From the NCBI RefSeq assembly GCF_006345805.1, contig NW_021825473.1:1-15469 (forward strand): a stretch of 15,469 nucleotides of DNA, read 5' to 3'. The stretch is from Octopus sinensis. Taxonomy: Eukaryota. Of this stretch, positions 9,160 to 15,469 are shown in pieces. Both the position numbers and the translations under genes were made by a program. Within the stretch, counting starts at the first letter, position 1, and the number at the start of each line of letters is the position of its first letter. The notes under the pieces were generated by a model. That model was not told the origin of the DNA and did no database searches. It saw only the letters and a list, made by a program, of their open reading frames with translations.

Positions 9160-9269
9160 GTCACACTTATTCTTTGTGTCTCAAGTGGTTAGTCTATGTC
9201 GAGTGAAAACATCCTTCACTGGTGAAAGATGTAATAGTCACATCCGTCTCTCTTTCCTATTTACTAGAG

Positions 9270-9620
9270 AGTTTTCTAACCAATCACATGGTTCCAGGTT
9301 CAGTCCCACTGCATGGCAACTTGGGGGCAAGTGTCTTCTGCTATAGCCTTCAGCTGACCAAAGCCTTGTGAGTGGAAACTGAAAGAATCCCATCGTATAT
9401 GTGTGTGTGTGTTTGTGTCTATGTTTGTGCCCCAGCTCTGCTTTACACACCAGAGTTGGTATGTTTAGATCCCCATAACTTAGTGGTTCAGCAAAGGAGG
9501 TCATTAAAAATAAGTGCTAGGCTTAAAATATTAGCACTGGGATCAGTTCGTTCAACTAAAATATTCTTGAAGGCTGTGTCCCATGCTGGAGCACAGCAAG
9601 TTATAGAGTTAAAGAAGAAT
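9270..9620 (+). mobile_element. Diverged SINE family A
   Basis: CACATGGTTCCAGGTTCAGTCCCACTGCATGGCAAC...CCCCATAACTTAGTGGTTCAGCAAA is collinear with 1170-1500. Confidence 0.85.
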
Positions 9621-9844
9621 CATCAATTGGAAAGTGGATACAACCAGGTAGCTTTGCTGTCACAGTTATGTCCTTTGTTTTAGATGTGTGTGTGTGTGGG
9701 GGGGGGGTGTTGAGCTGATTGAAACAAGGGGGACGATAGAAAATGGGTGTGTGGTGTGGTGGTGGTGTGTTTTTGTTCATCATCACCATCATCATAATCA
9801 TGACTAATTGAAAACTCACCCACTTAACAGGCTGCATATGAGAG

Positions 9845-10050
9845 TAAGGGAGGTGAGAAAGAGAGAGGCAAGAGAGAGAGAGAGAAAGAGAGATAGAAAG
9901 TGAGAGAGATGCAAGAGAGAGAGAGAAAGAAAGAGAGGCAAGAGATAGAAAGAAAGAAAGAGTGAGAGAGAAAGAGAGATAGAAAGAGAGTGGGGCAAGA
10001 GAGAGAGAGAAAGAAAGAGAGAGAGGCAAGAGGAAGAAAGAGAAAGAGAT
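9845..10050. repeat. Polypurine (GA/GAAA)n tract
   Basis: Directly visible; explains ORFs 9601-10149 and 9816-10079. Confidence 0.95.
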
Positions 10051-10504
10051 TTGATTCTGTATGAGGAGTGAAATGTCAAGTTCTAACCTTTTTTCCTCCT
10101 CTTCTTTCTCCATCTCTTCTTTATGTTTTCTAGGAAAAAGAAAAAACAAAACAAAAAAAACTCTGTTGTGAAACAGATTCTCCTACCCCGCCTCCCGTCA
10201 CACCCTTGGGGTTATGAGTGGTGGGAAGCGAATTGCTAAACAAAACTGAAAGAAAACACACAAACACTGCTAGCCCCCCACCCCCCACCCCAAACACTCT
10301 GGTTACCTCACCCAGATTGTATCATAATACACAAGCAGCCATCTCCAAACTAATAATAATAATAATAATGATAATAAAAATAAAAATACACTGTGGGAAA
10401 ATTATGGCTGTCAGATTTCTGTTGTGATTCTGAAGGAATTAGGGAGACAATTCTAGTTGTAGACAGACAATTCCTGGCAATTGGAAAGAATGGCAGCTGG
10501 AAGC

Positions 10505-10612
10505 TCTCCTCCTACTCCTCCCCCGCCTCTCATCATCATCATCATCTCCTCCTCCTCCTCCTCCTCCTCCTTCTCTTCTTCTTCTTCTTCTTCTTCTTCT
10601 TCTTCTTCTCCT
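10505..10612. repeat. (TCC)n/(CAT)n/(CTT)n compound microsatellite
   Basis: Directly visible; explains the poly-H/L/F of ORF 10393-10818. Confidence 0.95.
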
Positions 10613-10899
10613 CTAATAAATTAGAAAAGAAAAACAAACTGGGTATATTTTGTTATGTTACTATTCATTCTCCGGTTGCAGAGATTCAATTTGAGGGAGT
10701 TGTTGCTGTTGCTTCTAGCTGGCCCAGAAATTGGGTGGAAACTCAGTCTGCCTATGCATGTGAGCATGGTTCTATCCATGTGTATATTATACACACATAT
10801 TTTGTAGACATATTTTGAATATGCACATGTATAAGTGTGTGTATGTGTGTGTGTGTGTGTGTGCGTGTGTGTGTGTGTGTGTGTGCATAGGCATAGGTA

Positions 10900-11142
10900 A
10901 GACTGGCTGAGAGCTTGCTTTGAGTTTAGTCCCACCAAACAGCCCTATGGGTAACTGTCTTCTGCTATGGCCCCTGGTCAACCAAGGTGAATGTGACCGA
11001 ATTTGGTACATGGAAACTGAAATAAGCCTTGAGTAAAGATTGTTTGCCAACATAGCATGGCAGTCCTGGTTTAGGACGAATGTTTCTGTAATTTAGCCCC
11101 AGGAGACATCGTCTCCAGCTGGCTAGACGACATGATCTGCCT

Positions 11143-11174
<32 letters not shown>

Positions 11175-11360
11175 AACCTCTGACATCATGTGATGGGTGT
11201 AAATGAGTACCACTGTCATCATACAAGCGGTGTTGTATTTTTATGGTGTTCTATTACAAAGATGTTTGGCCATGGAAATAGATGAAGGTTGGCTACAGGA
11301 AAGGCACCAAGCCATAGAAAATTTGACCAATGTAATCATGGAAAAGTGGGCGTGAAACTG
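10900..11360 (+). mobile_element. SINE family C (A-like head plus RTE-type tail) carrying a nested fragment
   Basis: Head TTTAGTCCCACC...GGAAACTGAAATAAGCC, then (TG)n, then GGTTGGCTACAGGAAAGGCACCAAGCCATAGAAAA...CATGGAAAAGTGGGCGTGAAA. Confidence 0.7.
11031..11143 (-). mobile_element. Second, partial copy of the 1740-2165 element
   Basis: Reverse complement of 11031-11125 matches 2015-2109 at 91/95; weaker similarity continues to 11143 vs ~1995. Confidence 0.92.
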
Positions 11361-11430
11361 TTAGAACGGTGGCAGAATCGTTAGCCCGCAGAATCGTTAG
11401 ATAGTTGTTGTTGTTGTTGTCGTCGTCATT

Positions 11431-11635
11431 AAGGCGGCAAGCTGGCAGAATCGTTGCCGAGCAAAATACCAAGTGCCATCCTCATATTCTGAGTTTGAAT
11501 TCTGCTGTGGTTGACTTTGCCTTTCATTCTTTCAGGGTTGATAGATTAAGTACAAGTTGTGTACTGGGATTGATCGAATCGAATAGTCCTCTCAAGAAAA
11601 ATTTCAGGCTTTGTGCCTTAAGTAGAAAGGATTAT
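11431..11635 (+). mobile_element. SINE family B
   Basis: AAGGCGGCAAGCTGGCAGAATCGTT...GAGTTTGAATTC...GACTTTGCCTTTCATTC...AGTAGAAAGGATTATT. Confidence 0.85.
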
Positions 11636-11990
11636 TACCTCCACCTTGGCAAAGGCAGAGGTATTGTTTCAGTTGTGTTTGTTTGTTTGTTTGTTTGTTC
11701 AAGAACTGCTGGATGGATTTGGATGAAACTTTCAGGGATGTTTGGCCTCATGACTGGCATGAACTGATTAGATTTTAGGATCAATCTGATTCTGGACAAT
11801 GATTTTGGATTATTTTTACATTTGTTGGCTAAATTTTTGAGAGCAACCAAGCTCACTTTTAGTATTCTCGTTTGTGAGAACAGTTGAGTTTATTTCAGAT
11901 ATTCTCATTTTAAAAATCATCTCTGATTAATCATTGAGAGGACGTTGGTGTTGCCTTGGTGGAGATTTGCAGTCTCTGAGTGCTTTTGTT
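11632..11990 (+). mobile_element. Helentron-associated non-autonomous element (HINE/DINE-like)
   Basis: 5' TTATTACCTCCACCTTGGCAAAGGCAGAGGT hairpin, internal (TTTG)n, subterminal inverted CTCCACC/GGTGGAG, 3' hairpin GCAGTC-TCT-GAGTGC then TTTTGTT; sits in a T-rich tail. Confidence 0.7.
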
Positions 11991-12004
11991 ATAATTATTA
12001 TTTT

Positions 12005-12205
12005 TAAGGTGGCAAGCTGCCAGAATCATTAACATGCCAGGCAATGCTCAACAGCATTTTGCCTGTCTTTACGTTCTGAGTTCAAATTCCACAAAGATTG
12101 ACTTTATTGGCTTTCAGGGTCGATAAAATAAAGTACAAGTTGATTCCTTCCGTCAATGTAATCGACTATCTCCCTCCCCAACATTTTAGGCCTTGTGCTT
12201 TTATC
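12005..12205 (+). mobile_element. SINE family B, diverged
   Basis: AAGGTGGCAAGCTGCCAGAATCATTAACATGCCAGG...GAGTTCAAATTCC...GGTCGATAAAATAAAGTAC. Confidence 0.85.
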
Positions 12206-12409
12206 ATCATCAATATTATCATCATCAATATTATTGTTGTTGTTGTTGTATATAAGACAGATCAATAGTTGAAGAGAATAGATATTTGGAGTTATTGATT
12301 ATCACACACATGCACGCACATCATTACAGCAGCTAATTTCAAACTCATTAATTGAAGTCTACTACAGAGGCCTTAGTACCTTTGCAAAATTGAAACGGAA
12401 ACATTAGCA

Positions 12410-13005
12410 AAAAGTATACATGTATGTATAAGTATATGTGTATGTATGTATGTATGTATGTATGTATGTGTGTAAATGTGTGTAATATTTATCATTCTTT
12501 CTATTTCTCTTTTTGCATATGTATATACATGTGTGTTTGTGTGTACAGACTCACTCACACATGCATATATGTATATCATCATCATCATCGTTTAACGTCC
12601 GTTCTCCATGCTAGCAATATATATAAATATGTATGTGTACACACATATGCATATATTTATATACATATATATATATGCATATATTTATGTACATATATAT
12701 ATATATGTTTGTGTATATGTGTATGTATAGGTGTGAAGCATTTATTTATCACAGTTTCTATGTATGTGCATGTACGTAATACACGCACATGCACATATAT
12801 ACACACACATACATGAACACACACATATACACTCACACACACACATATACACTCATGCACACACACACATGCACACATATATATACCCACACATACACAC
12901 ATATATATACACACACATACATACACACACATACATACACATATGTACAAAACTACATATATAAACAAGCACATGTACAAATATGCACACACACACACAC
13001 ACACT
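12410..13005. repeat. Degenerate (TATG)n/(CA)n/(TA)n microsatellite field
   Basis: Directly visible; explains ORFs at 12373-13007. Confidence 0.95.
12577..12616 (-). mobile_element. 40-bp RTE-type 3' end (severely 5'-truncated insertion)
   Basis: CATCATCATCATCGTTTAACGTCCGTTCTCCATGCTAGCA matches the tail at 3014-3060. Confidence 0.75.
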
Positions 13006-13454
13006 AATATTTCTCATGTCAAATTATATACAAAAACAATTTCACATTATATGGAAGGATTACTCAATGGTATTTTGTAGAGTAGAAGATTTTTAAACTT
13101 CGAAGTCACTATCAAACATTTTCTAGTAAAATTTGAATACATACATACATAAATACATACATACATGTATACTTTTTGCTAATGCTTCTGATTCAATTTT
13201 GCAACAGTGCTAAGGCCTCAGTAGTAGACTTCAATTAATGAGTTTGAAATTAGCTGCTGTAACGATGTGCGTGCATGTGTGTGATAATCAATAACTCCTA
13301 ATATCTATTCTCTTCAACTATTGATCTGTCTTATATACAATCATAATACCAGGTGTTATACATGGATGTCTCTCTCCCTTCCTTTCTCTCTTTCTCTCTC
13401 TCTCTCACTCTATTTCAGTCTATATAAATGTGTGTATATTTATATTTGTGTGCG

Positions 13455-13505
<51 letters not shown>

Positions 13506-13573
13506 AACACTCACACACCACATGCACGCACATACACACACACACACACACACCACATATATTGTGTTGCCTT

Positions 13574-13767
13574 GGCAGAATCGTTAGCACACTGGGCGAA
13601 ATGCTTAGCAGTATTTCATCTGCCGTCATGTTGAGTTGAAATTCCACTGAGGTTGACTTTGCCTTTCATCCTTTTGAGGTCGATTAAATAAGTACCAGTA
13701 ATGCAGTGGGGTCAATGCAATCGACTTAATCCCTTTGCTTGTCCTCTAGCCCCCCGTGGTCGATAAT
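13574..13767 (+). mobile_element. SINE family B
   Basis: GGCAGAATCGTTAGCACACTGGGCGAAATGCTTAGCAGTATTTCATC...; inverted homolog of 4869-5094. Confidence 0.88.
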
Positions 13768-13778
13768 ATAATATATAT

Positions 13779-13828
<50 letters not shown>

Positions 13829-14207
13829 GTATATTATGTATATATAATATGTATATATATAATATGTATATATAAATATATGTATATATATATATGTATA
13901 TATATATATGTATATATATATGTATATATATATATGTATATATATATGTAATATATATATATGTATATATATTATGTATATATATATGTATAATATATAT
14001 GCATATATATATATATATATATAATATATGCATATATATATATATATATATATAATATATATATATATATATTATATATATATTATAGCTATATATATGG
14101 CATATTATATATATATCTATAATATATATATATGTATGTATATTATATATATGCATATATATATATATGTATGTATATATATATATATATATAAAAGAAA
14201 TATATGC

Positions 14208-14239
<32 letters not shown>

Positions 14240-14260
14240 TGCATATATATATATCTATAT
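13766..14260. repeat. ~500-bp degenerate (AT)n microsatellite
   Basis: Directly visible; explains ORFs 13746-14273 and 14028-14267. Confidence 0.97.
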
Positions 14261-14411
14261 TCAGTAAAAGCAATTAAGATTCAAGTCATTTCTAATGAAT
14301 TCACTTGAATGCGGTACTTAACTTAGATGCACCAGAAAACTATATGGTATTAACCATACAATAATGTGGGGTGATTATAAACGAGAAAAAAGCAACAAGA
14401 ATGGATTAGTT

Positions 14412-14502
14412 TTTTAGTACAATTGTTTCATACAAAGACAGGCTTTATTAAAAGCTGCAAATATTGCAGCAAATACAAGTGTCCCGTACTCATCAGCTAA
14501 AA
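14412..14502 (-). ncRNA. Type I hammerhead ribozyme with long stem II and palindromic minimal stem III
   Basis: Minus strand: stem I TTTTAG (14502-14497)/CTAAAA (14417-14412). CTGATGA (14496-14490). Stem II GTACGGGACA/TGTCTTTGTAT closing 60 nt that contains GCTGCAA-TAT-TTGCAGC. GAAAC-AATT-GTA. Predicted cut between 14418 and 14417. Confidence 0.85.
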
Positions 14503-14852
14503 CACATATGAGTTCTCCAAACATCTTAGTGGGTGAGAGATAATTTTATAAAAAGCAAATTCAGGTTGTAAGCGGACTTCCAAAGTTTTTTAATGATGAT
14601 GCACAGTCTTATCACAGGTTTTAAAAAAGCTTATTAGCTTCACAGAGAAGATGAATCAATCCATAATGTAGGTGCAAATTTCCAGAGATATGAGGAGATA
14701 TTTCATACTCACAGACGATGAATCTATCCATGATTAATCCACAATGAGGTGGGTATAATTTCATGCTATATGATAAGATACTTGTCACACTACTGTTCCC
14801 TTCACAAAACTGCTATGTTAGAATTTCTAAAAGCTGAAGGAAGTTTGTGGAG

Positions 14853-14937
14853 CAAAGAAAAGAAAGAGACAAAAAAAAAAAAAAAAAAAAAAGAAAGAAG
14901 AAAGAAAAAGAAAAAGAAAGGAGGAAAAAAATAAAAA
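14853..14937. repeat. A-rich/polypurine low-complexity tract
   Basis: Directly visible; explains the poly-K/F ORFs at 14749-15075. Confidence 0.9.
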
Positions 14938-15469
14938 ACGCCCACATAGAGTATACTGGGATAACTGAGAGGGAAGTGGTGGCAGGTATCCCCCTACACA
15001 GAAAAGTCTCTCTCTGTGAAGACGGGCAGACTGGCTTAGAATTTGAAGGAATCTAAGAATTATAAAGGAGAACATTATTTTTGACCAAGGAGCTAAAGCA
15101 GATATGAGAATTTAAAGAGAACAGGGGAAGGGATAGAGGGGTCAAAGGCTATCATTAGAGGGAAATACATTAAGAGAAATAAGTACAATACTAGAAGGAG
15201 GTTATTTAATTAATTTATTTATTATTGTTATTGTTTATATTGTTGTTACTGTCTATACATTGACAGACTGTAGGTCTATACTTAGAGGTCATTTACAAGG
15301 TGTGAGAGAATTGCTTATCATATTGAAATTTCTTTGTATACTACTTTTAAGGGAGTAGCATTACTTATTTAACTTTGTAATAGAATTAGGAAGCAATAGT
15401 AACTTATTTTATTTAAGTGTGTTACCTAAATTAGATAAAATTAGATTAAATTAAAATTAACTATAAAGT

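Larger units (their letters stand above)
5560..9265 (-). mobile_element. Decayed RTE-clade LINE (endonuclease C-terminus, linker, RT, C-terminal region, 3' tail), interrupted by later insertions
   Basis: Minus-strand frameshifted motifs in collinear order: TSFTSEGC/RHRL (~9230-9190), IEDNWDFLRD (8399-8370), AKQSV..NQDAIGVK (~7670-7610), TIKDIKLGEAT*PLGIIAE (~7425-7362), VNLGKAF/DSV (7007-6978), GVSQGSIL (6817-6794), YLDDLALIAES (6698-6666), LELVDCFSYMGDLISNGG (~6195-6142), MLHGSKRWAL (6009-5980), GWVKKC (~5780-5763). Confidence 0.88.

Noticed and set aside
10307-10390. Possible minus-strand exon (TTTTCCCACAG acceptor, GTGAGG/GTAACC donors)
   Set aside because: Interior is mostly (ATT)n with stop codons; splice-like motifs alone are insufficient.
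14700-14760. LTDDESIHD as a mariner DDE motif, or a GIY-YIG remnant upstream of the hammerhead
   Set aside because: No supporting flanking motifs in any frame; the segment is part of a local non-coding duplication.
32-15075. All ORFs in the supplied track as host genes
   Set aside because: They are microsatellite read-through (poly HT/YI/LS/K) or short frames in SINEs and the decayed LINE; none has a recognisable intact domain.

Overview
Repeat-saturated eukaryotic non-coding DNA (intronic or intergenic). The SINE families and dense microsatellites look like an Octopus genome (recognised from memory, not searched). No host protein-coding gene is supportable; the ORF track is almost all microsatellite read-through. 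The backbone is a ~3.7 kb decayed RTE-clade LINE (minus strand, ~5560-9265) interrupted by at least four younger elements. Around it lie many tRNA-derived SINEs, several MITEs (hAT-, piggyBac- and Tc1/pogo-like), a Helentron-type non-autonomous element and a mariner fragment. The most notable signals are type I hammerhead ribozymes with minimal, self-complementary stem III. One is at 1901-1943 (+), one at 14412-14502 (-), and a possible decayed third at ~55-168 (-). The first caps a ~70-bp rod hairpin inside a 426-bp non-coding insertion with 9-bp flanking direct repeats and 68-bp terminal redundancy (a 353-nt unit plus overlap). That architecture suggests a retrozyme-like element copied from a small circular RNA. 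Everything was read by eye; folding and homology claims need computational confirmation.
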